DNA of 63,753 nucleotides, counting the filler, from Vannella sp. (lineage: Eukaryota): the NCBI GenBank assembly GCA_023345925.1. It is 4 parts of 4 records of this genome, joined end to end, with 100 filler letters (N's around TTAATTAATTAA, not from the genome) between each part and the next. Parts side by side here need not be neighbours in the genome. Positions count along the whole stretch, not along the records: positions 23,774 to 34,034 come from JAJQQN010001111.1; positions 34,135 to 58,674 come from JAJQQN010000445.1; 2 more parts are not named here. One strand, written 5' to 3'. This document shows positions 24,266 through 34,479 of this stretch, one piece after another (within the stretch, counting starts at the first letter, position 1; each line of letters begins with the position of its first letter). Made by a program: the position numbers and the translations under genes. A model generated the notes under the pieces. The model saw nothing but the letters and a program-made list of their open reading frames with translations. It was not told where the DNA came from and made no database searches.

Positions 24266-24305
24266 GCTTAAAACACATAAAAAAATCGCTTAAAACACAT
24301 AAAAA
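24266..24305. repeat. 18-bp direct repeat (period 22) with an imperfect inverted copy at 24199-24216
   Basis: gcttaaaacacataaaaa at 24266 and 24288; tttttatatgtttttaag at 24199 is a near reverse complement. Confidence 0.6.
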
Positions 24306-24374
24306 GTTCGTAATGGTCCCACCAACCAGCGGCCATTCAGGAAATGATGTGTCCGCTTTCCCTCCAGTCATTTG

Positions 24375-24944
24375 ATGGACTACCTGGTGAAGATAGTGGT
24401 GTTGGGAGCAGCCAGCGTGGGAAAGACGTCGCTTGTGCAATCCTTCGTTGAGGGCGATCGTCCAGGACATGTGAGCTGCTCCATTGATAGTGAAGTGAGC
24501 ACCAAAGTCATCCACTTGAAGGACAAGATCCTTAGGCTGCGGATCTGGGATACAGCAGGTCAGGAGCGCTTTCGCTTGGCTTCGAGGTATCAAGGAGTTC
24601 ATGTGTTTATGCTGGTGTTTGACTTCTCCTGTCCCTCCTCCTTTGTCGCCATCGAGTCGTGGAGGAGAGAGATTGAAGAGAGTGGTTATGGACATGTGCC
24701 AATGATCCTTGTGGGGAACAAGACCGACCTTCGTCCCCTCTGGGCTGTCGAATGCAGCTCAATCCAGCACTTTGCAGACGACCATCAAATGCTCCTCGTT
24801 GGGACTTCATGTCTGAATGGGCAGAAAGTGGAGGAAGCGTTTCTAACGGCTTCAGAAGCAGGTCTCTGCAACATTCTTGCTCCCTGCCTCGATGCTCCCT
24901 CAATAGACTCGCCAAAAATGGACCCCTTTTGTGGGATCCTGTGA
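24375..24944 (+). CDS. Divergent intronless Rab-like GTPase
   Basis: DYLVKIVVLGAASVGKTS, LRIWDTAGQERFR, LVGNKTDL, CaaX CGIL. Confidence 0.85.
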   Translation: MDYLVKIVVLGAASVGKTSLVQSFVEGDRPGHVSCSIDSEVSTKVIHLKDKILRLRIWDTAGQERFRLASRYQGVHVFMLVFDFSCPSSFVAIESWRREIEESGYGHVPMILVGNKTDLRPLWAVECSSIQHFADDHQMLLVGTSCLNGQKVEEAFLTASEAGLCNILAPCLDAPSIDSPKMDPFCGIL

Positions 24945-25009
24945 TGGCGAAAGTTGTCCATAGATTTGGCTGTGTACATTTCACTCATTTTCCCGCTTCT
25001 TTGGCTCAA

Positions 25010-25900
25010 ATGCCTGCTTCGAGGGCTGGCAGGAGGGCTTCAGGGAAGCGAAAGAATGAAGGTCATAGCGATCGAAAGACCCTTTTGGAGAGAGGACAGG
25101 GAGTTGGACTGGTTCAGAAGATGTGGATCGCCTCGTTCCTTTCACTATTCTGTCTCGCATTCACCGCTTTATGCCTCTACAGCGATGCCAAACAGTTGAA
25201 ATACTCTCAAGTATGATCTTGACTCACTCTCTCACTCCATCCTCATCGTAACGATCAGTGGGAGGCGAACGAAGTTCTCCCTGGATTGTTTTTGGGGGAC
25301 TACAAGGATGCCCTGAACAGGGAGGAGATGCAGAAACTAGGGATCACCCACATACTTGTAGTTGCACTCGGAATCGAGCCCAATATGCCGAAGGACTTCC
25401 GGTACATGACCGTCAGAGCGCAAGATCACGACAGTCAGGATCTCCTCTCGTATTTAGGGCCGATACATCGCTTCATTGATGAAGGAAGGAAATCGGGAGG
25501 TATCCTTGTTCACTGTAAGGTGGGACAGTCCCGCAGCGTCATGATCACGACGAGCTACGTGATGAAGGAGAAGGATTGGAGTCTTATCGAGGCTCTTGAG
25601 TTCGTCGCTCAAGCTCGCCCTCGTGTTCGGCCCAGAGCAACCTTTAAGGACCAGTTGGACGCCTATCATGTGAGCCATTACGACCTGACCCAAGCGGAAC
25701 TCCAAGCTTTCACTTCCAACTATCCCAACAAAGCCCAGTTGGCCATCTGGCCCGCAACTGGTGATGCAGAGGGATCAGTGGAATACCTTCTACAGCCATT
25801 GTGGGTAAAGGAGGACCCCTGGAGGGAAGGGTGGGATGCAGTAGTTCATCTCTTCATGGACTTCTTCAACCGGTACCTCCGCTTTTACTTCGCCAAATGA
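25010..25900 (+). CDS. Dual-specificity phosphatase with N-terminal TM segment (intron 25211-25257)
   Basis: NEVLPGLFLGD, LGITHIL, catalytic ILVHCKVGQSRS; TM segment MWIASFLSLFCLAFTALCLY. Confidence 0.85.
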
Positions 25901-26078
25901 ATCCCCCTACCTTCTCACCGACCATTTCCACGAGAAGGAGAAGGAGAAGGGCTTTAACGAGTCTGAAAATCCGATTGGATGTCAGTAACTCTCTAAGCCG
26001 GCCATTGGGCGTGAGACAGACTGTGACATGGATTGAATCCTTGCCACTACAAACATGAACATGTAGAAGCGGTGCTCT

Positions 26079-27916
26079 TTAAAGTGTCTCTTGGGAGATA
26101 TCGGGAGAAGGCTCCCCTTCAACGTCAGTCTTGGCAACATTGAGAGGGGACTTGTCCTTGGATCTGTGCTTTCGTCTCTTGACGGACCCAGATGATGAAG
26201 AAGGGTTCCGCACGCGTCTACTGCTGGACTTCTTCTCTTTGGCTGACACTTCGGAAACTTCGGAAACTTCGGACTTCTCTTCGTCCCCTGTGGTGGGAGA
26301 TTGTGTTTCAGCAGGAAGAGGTATGGACTTGGGTGTAGAAACGGGAGAGGAAGCCTCGCTTTGTGGAGGGCTGATGGCAGCTTGGGCGTATCGGCTGTTG
26401 TTAATTTCTGACCCAACAGATTGGAGCTGGTCTCGGAGGTCCGATGCACTGGGTCGATCCTCAGGATTGAGAGCCAGACACCTTCTCCACAGGGGAAGAA
26501 GAGGAAGATACATCTCACGTTGCTGATCTGTCAAAAGAGGCTCTTTCCCTTCCATTGTTGCTTTGACAACTTCAATGGGCGAATTACACTCATAATACGG
26601 ATATTGAAGGCTCATAAGCTCGTAGATAATCATTCCCATCGAGAAAACTGATTTTAAGTGAGAATGGGGAGCTCGGAGAGGTTCAAAAGAGATGACTTAC
26701 TATCGGCACTGTAGGAGTAAGGATTCCTTCCACAGGCATCCAATACCTCTGGAGCCATAAACCCAGAGGTACCTACAGTAGATTTGGGGCGGACAGACAC
26801 ACCCAGGCGCTTTGCAGTGTCAAAATCACCAATGGCGACATCGCGAATGTCCCCAGCCCGATTGACGATGACAAAGACGTTGTCACTCTATCACGAACGT
26901 AAGAAGATGCCAAATGGCGTAACGTGACTTGCCTTCAGGTCTCTATGAATGATATTGAGGGAGTGAAGAAAGGCCAAGCCGTCCGCAATGTCGTGCACGA
27001 TTTTCACGAGATAACGGGGAGCTAGGAAGTCTTGAGTAACTAAGCGTTGCTTGATAATGTCCCGCAAGGTCCCTGAGTAGCGGCTCATGAAGAGACAGTA
27101 GCGACCGCGGAGCTTTCGGTGGAAGAGATAACGGGCGATGTTGGGGTGGTTGGGCATCTGGTAGAGGAGAGCCATCTCCTTTTCAAAGAACTCTGAGTTC
27201 ATCTCGTTGCTGATGTTACGCGGAAGCTCCTTCATGGCGCAGCACCATCCCCCCACATTGACCAAGTAAACGGTAGCCCCACTAGCGCCTGTTCCTAGCA
27301 ACTCGCACACCTGTACATCACGGAGGTCTACTTCCATAGTGTGTTCGGAAGCTACGGTGGGGATTGGTTGTGTGGTTGTCAACTTTCGCCCTCGAGACTT
27401 CTTGTCAGGAACAGGAGTGGACGTTGTCAGAGACATCTCTTGGAGCTTCTCACAGCTCTTAAGGAGACTCTGTTCTCGTAGTTCGAGCTGTTGCACTTGC
27501 TCCCGGATCCTACTTTCCTCTGTGTTGAGCTTCTGAATCTCCGTTCGGGCCTTTTCGATCTTTTTTTGGAGTTCTGTGAGGGTGGTCTCTTGTTCTTTCG
27601 TCGTCTGGGAAGCGTGAGGTGGCGTCCCTGACGGGGAGGAGTCAAACAAGATGACACTTCCGTATTGCCGCGAAGAACTTGGGTTGGCGTCTATTGGGAG
27701 ATGCGCCTTACGCTTCTTCTTCTTCTGCTCACCACGGCCTGGTGTCTTCTCTTCCTCACGAGTGGGAGTTACTGGAACGTCAGGGCGGTGAATGATGTCA
27801 TCATCCTTCGACCGCTCCGCCGACCGCTTCAGAGCCCCCTCCAAAGAGAACAAGATAGGCTCCACCTCCAGATCATCCTCCAGGCGAAAGAGGGATCCTG
27901 CTCGCCGCCGAGCCAT
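26079..27916 (-). CDS. Protein kinase with N-terminal coiled coil and a DFD variant of DFG (3 exons)
   Basis: LLGTGASG, CAMKEL, HPNI, IIHRDLK|SDNVF, IGDFDTAK, GTSGFMAPE, ADI|FSMG. Confidence 0.88.
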
Positions 27917-28325
27917 ACAAAACCGAAAGGAAGTGAAGACAGCGAGACCAAGAACCGGCCAAAAATGGACTTTCCCCAAACCCTTATCTTTACCATCAAC
28001 CACACCCGAGCAAAAGGGATTTTTTAGCGTGAACGGGACCAAATTTGCCTTTAGCTTGAATTGATGAGTTGGTTTTAGTGGATCAACTTTAGTTGATCTC
28101 CTTTTGGAGGGCTTCAACGTGCATGTACAACCATGGTCGAAGCAAGTGGTAAGCAGGAGGCAAGAGAGGGAAGGAAACCAGAGGCTGAGGTCAAAAAATC
28201 TTTTCCTTGAAAGCAGCCAAAAGAGGAACCCGGAGATACAATACACTAGATTGGGACTTCCACAGAAGAAATGGAAACCTCCAACGGGTCACGTCGGGCG
28301 AAAGTTAATTCTTCTTGGTCTTTGG

Positions 28326-30602
28326 ATGTCTGCGGTCTCTCAAGTTCGTGGAGGCCAATCAGGACTCCCGCTGGAGGTAGGAGAACGACATCTGACGGTC
28401 TTTTGTGTTCTCATGATGATGGTGATGATGTAGCTGTTCCAGCCTTCGTATCGCAAGGCCATACGAGCAGCAAGCCTCGTGGTGTTTGGCTTGACAGCTG
28501 GTTACGCAGGCTTGGCGTTGGCGCCGTGGTATTTGTTGCCTTTTTGTTGGTTTGTTGTTGGAACCGCGATCACTGGCTTGGTCAGCGTGGCTAATGACTG
28601 CGAGAACCAGTCCTTTGTCAAGTCCAAGTTCCTTAACAACGTAGTAGGAACGGTGTGCCTTCTTCCCCTTTGGATGCCCTTCAACACCTTGCGTGCTTCT
28701 GCTCAGTCTGGCCAATGGTTGCGTTGGGGCCCTCTCTGGACTCTTGGTTCTCTATGGCAGTGGATGAGAGCTAACTTTGCGGTTCCTTTGATCCGGTTGT
28801 TCGGCCACAAGGACCCTTCTGGCACGACAGGCAGCAAGATGTCGCTTATCTTGAACCTCGTCTGCTTGTGGGGCTTCCTTATGGTCTTCTTCCCTGTTAT
28901 GACGATGACACTGGGTGTATGGGGCCTCTTCAAGTACTACGTCATCCCCATGATCATCTATCACTTCTGGGTAAGTCCTCCGCCCCCCCTGACTCGTACT
29001 GAGAGCGACAGACTCTGACTCTGACATGGTTTGTAGATGAGTACGTGCTTAAAGCTTAGCCACGAGTTAGAGTCCGAAGGGTCTTCTCTTGTGGTGTGCT
29101 CTTACCCCCGTTTCGTCGAGATTCTCGGGAACAACTTCAACCAGGTCGTTGCAAGCTTCTCCAGGCTTCCAATGGATAAGATTCCAAGTTACAACATCTC
29201 TGCTGCTCGAAAGGTGATCAAACAAGGCGTGGCGACTGCTTCTCAAGAAGTGTCACTCTCTTGGAGAGCCCTTCTGATGAGCCAAAGGCCCCAAACCCCC
29301 ATCATTATGAAAGTTCATGGTGTTGTGTACGATCTGACCGAGTTCAAGCACCCCGGAGGACCAATCTCCTTGAATCTGGGGAATGGAAGAGACGCGACGC
29401 CACTTTTTGAGGCTCATCATCCATTCACGTCCAAGGCCAAGCTCAATTCGATACTACAAAAGTACAAGGTCCAAGACCAGACCATGAAACTCCTCAGCCG
29501 CCGTGAGCAAGAGGAGCCAGAGGGGGTTTTCGATTGGAATGAAGACGACAAGCACGCCCAGTTCTCTCGTGAGGTGGTCAGCGAAGTCAAAGACTACTTT
29601 CAAGCAGAGGCAACACGAAGAGGTATCTCTCTACTTGCTGCAACCAAGGCCACGAACGGACGTTGGGTGGAAATGATTGTTTTCTCTGGACTCTTCTTGG
29701 CCACTCTCCCCTTCTTCATCAATGGCTATTGGTTCTCTGTGGTTGCTCTGCCATTCTTTGCGTGGCTCATTGCTGCCGGAATTGTCCACGACGCCATGCA
29801 TTTCTCGATTTCCACGGATTGGCGTTTGAATGCGATTCTCGGTTATACTTCCCCTTGGACCACCTCTCCTCTCATGTGGTATCACCAACATGTTATTGGC
29901 CATCACGCCTACCCGAATGTGCCTTTCCGGGACCCTGATCTTGCCCATGCACCTGCGTTTATCCGCGTTCACGATTCCATTGCTTGGAAACCTCTCCATA
30001 AGTTCCAGATGGTTGCTACGGCGCTAATTTGGACCTTTGGTGCCTCACTCTACATGACAGTGGTCCCACTGAAGGCTTTGTTGATGGGTGCACTCAATCG
30101 TGCGGTTATTCTGATGCAATTGAGCCCCACTCGAGCAGCAGCACATGTACTGGGACGCCTGGGGACCGCATTAGCACTTTGGGGATGGCAATGGTACGTC
30201 TTCCAAGGTGACTTGCCCCGCCAAATTGGCTTCACCGTGTTACCTATTCTCATTCACTCGCTGTGCTTCATGTTCTCCACGCAAATGAACCATTTGACAC
30301 AAGAGAACACTGAAAAGTCATCTCGCAACTTCATGGTGCATCAGATTGTCACTTCTCACTCGTTCTCGATGGAAAGCCAACTCGTGTTCTGGTTCACTGG
30401 CGGGCTGAACCTCCAGATTGAGCATCACATGTTCCCCACTGTCAACCATTGCCACCTCCGAGCAATCAGCCCAATCGTCCGCCGTTGCTGTGCTAAATAC
30501 GAGATTCCTTACCACGAGTCCCGCTCGGTCCTGGAAGCGGTCGGGAAGCACTTTTCCCACGTTTCTCGAATGTCCCAAAAGCCCTCTCTGAAGGCCGATT
30601 GA
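28326..30602 (+). CDS. Fusion of a His-box-less FAD6/DesA-like domain, cytochrome b5 and a front-end fatty acid desaturase (introns 28377-28433, 28971-29036)
   Basis: APWYLLPFCWFVVGTAITG...YHFW|MST...CSYPRFVEIL..IPSYNI (FAD6-like), then HPGG, HDAMH, HQHVIGHH and QIEHHMFP. Confidence 0.85.
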
Positions 30603-30716
30603 AGCACATAAAGCATCGTTGGACTAAATGAGCCTTCCTAAAGGCACCTGACAGACACGTGGCAAGAGGGAGGAAGTCCTTTCTGGTCCATTCTCTTCTT
30701 CTCCCATCTTGGCGTC

Positions 30717-31924
30717 ATGAGCGATCTTCTGGAGCAGGTATGAACGATGGGGAAGGGGTGACATTGGCTTATAGACTGTAAGGCACGCTCTTTGAGCAGG
30801 GAGGCAGAAACAGCTTCGATGACCGGTCTGTGGAAAGAAGCGGTCATCAAACACGAGTCTTCTTCCGAACTCTTCCACAGGGCGGCTCTTTTGGTGGGCA
30901 AAGTGCGCTCTAATAGCTTTCTCGGAGGTCCTTTGCTGACCATAGAAGAAGGGAAATGCCCAGACCTTCGAACTACTCGCAAAGGAGCAAAAACAGAAAG
31001 CGGAGGAGCTGACTCGCCGTGTTAAGGCTGCGCAGAGCGACTCACTACAAGACAGTGAATGTGATAGTTCAAGCATGGCTGTAAGTGCTATCGTAGACCT
31101 CAAAAGAAAGCCGGAGCACTGCCCAATTCCGAGAAGGGATCTTCCCTCCTCCTCAGTTCTTCCTCCAGGAGATGATCAGGCTCCTATTGAGACCGTGAAC
31201 TGGGACCGTTTCTGGTCCGCTGTTGACGACTTGCTTACTATTATCCCAAAGCCTCTCTCAGAAGGTTACGAAGGGTCCTCTCCTCCTTGGATTAAAGTGA
31301 CCGTGCCTGCTCCCGCAGGGGTGCCTGCTCCTCTCAGTACCAGTGAAGAAGACGAAGATGAAGACTTCTTTATGGTTGCAGCTGGTTCACCCCAAGTAGC
31401 GCCCCGCCACTCTACCCGAATGTACGGATGAATTCCCATTGTTTCTGTGGAACATCAAGTCTCACTGAAGGGTTCATAGTGCTCCCAACCCAACAAACAG
31501 TCTGCTGACAGGAACTAGAGAGCCTGATGCCCAAGCCTACCATCTGGTAAGCCTCTTGAGCAAAGTGACATATCTGGAAGTGACCTCCTTCCAGCTTCTT
31601 GCCGAGCTGAATCAGAAGACCCAAGAGAATGATTCTCTGAAGAAACAGATATCCGAGTTTCAACAACAACTCACCTTCAAAGTCAGCCGCCTCCGTCAGT
31701 TTAGTGACTTGAGTATGGCACCTTCGGCCTCATCCTCTGGGCTACACAGAAGGGTAGCTACTTCCAACAGCCAACAGGAATTAGAAACTGTCTTACGTAG
31801 GCAGCTTGAAGATCGCGATAAGCTGATTGCCATTCAATCAGAAAAGATTGAAAAGCTGGAAGCCCGATGGAGAGACCTGAAGCGCTCAGCCCAACTCCGA
31901 AAGAGTCCTTCTCCATTCAATTAG
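30717..31924 (+). CDS. Atg38/NRBF2-like protein (MIT-like N-terminus, C-terminal coiled coil), multi-exon
   Basis: MSDLLEQ|ARSLSREAE...WKEAVIKHESSSELF (MIT-like), WDRFWSAVDDLL..IPKPL, acidic EDFFMV, KLEARWRDLKRSAQLRK. Confidence 0.55.
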
Positions 31925-32131
31925 GCTAGAAAGGACCCTCAGTGCCAAGCACTCAGGCTTAAGAGTCCCTTTCTGAGTAAGTGACAAGAAAACAGCTTGC
32001 CAACGCCAATCCTTTGATGTAAATGAAGCTTTGAACGATAAGGCCTCTTAAAACCAAAGGTTATCATAATGGGCGAGTTCAAGAGTGTTTGCTTCAGGCC
32101 ACTTCCAAGGATAACTCCTTTTGGAATGGAT

Positions 32132-33946
32132 CTATTTTCGTTTCTCGACTGGAAGAGAGAAAGGAATCACAGGGAGGCCGTGACTGCTGTATAGAATAGG
32201 CTTGGGCCAGCTGCACCACCCAAACTGGATGAACGCTATTTCCTGTTGTTTCCCTTCGCTAGATTCCAGAGAAGTTCTGGGGAAAGACAATCGGATGACG
32301 TTGGGTTCGACTCGCTTCAAGTCCTCCAGTTGAATGAGAGCACCGGTATCGAGTTTCGCCTCAAACCCGACACAATACTCTTCCATTGGTGCCCACGATA
32401 ACAGAAGCTGATTCACCGTGGGACACTGATAGCTCCGAATCTCCAGGCCCCCTTTCCCACATCGTTCTCTCTCGAAGATAACGTCAATTTGAATCAACTC
32501 ACTCAGATACTCCACCTGAACCCGCTCCACGGTGGGACCATACGATTGAATGGGAGAGTGGAAGATCTCTTCAAGAAGTCGCCAGGATATCCTCTCGCCA
32601 ATAGGCTTCTTGTCTCGCGGATGCAGGTCATCAAAAGGGCTGCTTGCATCGCCCTTGTCATACGCAGGAATCAGATGAACGTGAGGTACCCTTGTGAGAT
32701 TCATTTGAACTGCACGAAAGTTCTCTAATTGCGGATGACGGAGAAAAATCGGTGCCAAACCGACAACTACAAATGGAAGATTTGGCTGTCCGGATAACTT
32801 TCGCCAAACCTCCACGACAAACGGAAACGCACACGCGTAGAATTCCGGCGCAATAACATTCGACTCTCCCTGATACCAAAGAACCGCCCTTGTCTTGATT
32901 CGAGCCACTGGTTGGGCCATGCCAAACCATGAGAGACTGTTGTCGGTGGGACAGCACGGGTTTGAAGACACTTTTGACTCTCCACAAGCTTCAAAGACCA
33001 ACGGGTGGCTCCATGCTTGAAGAGGTGACCCATCAGCAGCCATCGTTATCAATCCAATTGGTACTTTCAACTCTTCATGCATCGCCCGCCCAAAGAACCA
33101 GCAAACGGCACTGACTTGAGAGTATGGCCGCAGCACATCTCGAACCGTACTGTTGGTAGATAGTGTCCATGGCATAGCAGGAGGGTTCTCCATTTCAGGA
33201 ATCTCTTCTTTGGAGTCCTTTCGCCCCACATCCATCACGCGGATCAGAGGAAAGTCAAATAGTTCGCCTTCCCTCTCATTTTCTCGTCCTATGAAGGTCT
33301 GGGCAACGGTAAACAACATGTTTGACTGTCCAGCGCAATGATATACATCTCCAAAGTACACGTCCTCTACTGTCAGACCTTCTCCTTGAGAGTTGAAGAT
33401 CCACAAAGTGATTGGTCCTCCCGCTTGTTGAAGAGGAAGCTCAATGGACCACCGCATTTGTGGTAATTTGGAAGGATATACTATTTCAGAGCTCTCTAGT
33501 GTGGCAAGGAGGGAGATCTTCTCATATTCAAGGAGAACTTCGCAGTCTTGGTCGTTGGCATCGCACCAACCCCAAACCAACGCCCGCTCAGGTGCTCGTT
33601 GCAAGACCATGTGGTCATTGAATACGTAGGCCAACCTAAACTTTCCTTCTCGATGCAACTCGCGCCCAAAGACGTCAGGACGACTGAAAGGTGGCTCCTC
33701 CAGCTCGGGACCGACGGGGGCAATCTCCAGAAACACTGCTTCCTTGACCGGCATTACTTCTCCAGGTGTAAACGCCAAAAAGAACATCAAACATAGGACT
33801 ACCAACCCTCCCACCGCTGCCATCTTCCTTCTGACGGAAGAACGCGGCCTTCTTGTCCCTCTCATCCATAAATGCCAGATTTCCCTTTTATGCCAGTTCA
33901 TTGCCGTCCATAATGGCTTGGAAAGGAAGGTACCCCTCCTCTCCAC
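32132..33946 (-). CDS. SIAE: Sialate O-acetylesterase (SIAE/SASA family), type II membrane; start codon uncertain
   Basis: FNDHMVLQRAP..VWGW, FGDVYHCAGQSNM, SAVCWFFG, VLWYQGESN, DLHPRDKKPIGER. Confidence 0.88.
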   Translation of the reverse strand: MERRGTFLSKPLWTAMNWHKREIWHLWMRGTRRPRSSVRRKMAAVGGLVVLCLMFFLAFTPGEVMPVKEAVFLEIAPVGPELEEPPFSRPDVFGRELHREGKFRLAYVFNDHMVLQRAPERALVWGWCDANDQDCEVLLEYEKISLLATLESSEIVYPSKLPQMRWSIELPLQQAGGPITLWIFNSQGEGLTVEDVYFGDVYHCAGQSNMLFTVAQTFIGRENEREGELFDFPLIRVMDVGRKDSKEEIPEMENPPAMPWTLSTNSTVRDVLRPYSQVSAVCWFFGRAMHEELKVPIGLITMAADGSPLQAWSHPLVFEACGESKVSSNPCCPTDNSLSWFGMAQPVARIKTRAVLWYQGESNVIAPEFYACAFPFVVEVWRKLSGQPNLPFVVVGLAPIFLRHPQLENFRAVQMNLTRVPHVHLIPAYDKGDASSPFDDLHPRDKKPIGERISWRLLEEIFHSPIQSYGPTVERVQVEYLSELIQIDVIFERERCGKGGLEIRSYQCPTVNQLLLSWAPMEEYCVGFEAKLDTGALIQLEDLKRVEPNVIRLSFPRTSLESSEGKQQEIAFIQFGWCSWPKPILYSSHGLPVIPFSLPVEKRK

Positions 33947-34034
33947 TACCTTTCAATGGATTGGTTTGGAAGACAAGCACTGTGAACCCCCGCTTTGATG
34001 TTGTGGGCCAGGAGAAGAGGTTCAGAGTGTAATG

Positions 34035-34134
34035 NNNNNNNNNNNNNNNNNNNNNNNNNNNNNNNNNNNNNNNNNNNNTTAATTAATTAANNNNNNNNNN
34101 NNNNNNNNNNNNNNNNNNNNNNNNNNNNNNNNNN
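34035..34134. other. Artificial contig-joining linker
   Basis: N44-TTAATTAATTAA-N44. Confidence 0.97.
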
Positions 34135-34479
34135 TGATGCTAATGGCATCCCAGTTCGGCGAGGAAAGCCTCAAAGCTCTCCGTAAGTTTGCAAAGTCTC
34201 AGTACGAGCAAGGGCAGTACGAAGAGGCCGCTAAGAACTTGACAATCGCCATGAGTCTCTCATTGAATGAGGAGGGAGAAAGGTGAGCCCTTAGGAACTC
34301 CCCAAGAGCACGAAACTCACGTCCTCCGCAGAAACGAAGAGTATCTCTCCGCCTTGTGGGGGAGACTGGCTGCCAACATCCTGATTAAGGACTGGAGCGC
34401 TGCAGGAGCTGAGCGAGCTGATTGACCAAGCTGACCTTGATGAGCTGAGGGAGCTGATTGACCAAGCTCGTCCGAGTCG
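34135..34479 (+). pseudogene. eIF3 subunit e (Int6) fragment with one intron and a frameshifting 22-nt duplication
   Basis: LKALRKFAKSQYEQGQYEEAA...ER|NEEYLSALWGRLAANILIKDWSAA[22-nt insert 34411-34432]DLDELRELIDQ. Intron 34283-34331. No downstream PCI-domain exons. Confidence 0.7.

Noticed and set aside
8184..26275. Short coding tandem repeats (8184-8243, about 16325-16353, about 26248-26274) as CRISPR-like or functional arrays
   Set aside because: In-frame 2-3 copy slippage duplications in disordered protein regions, with no spacers.
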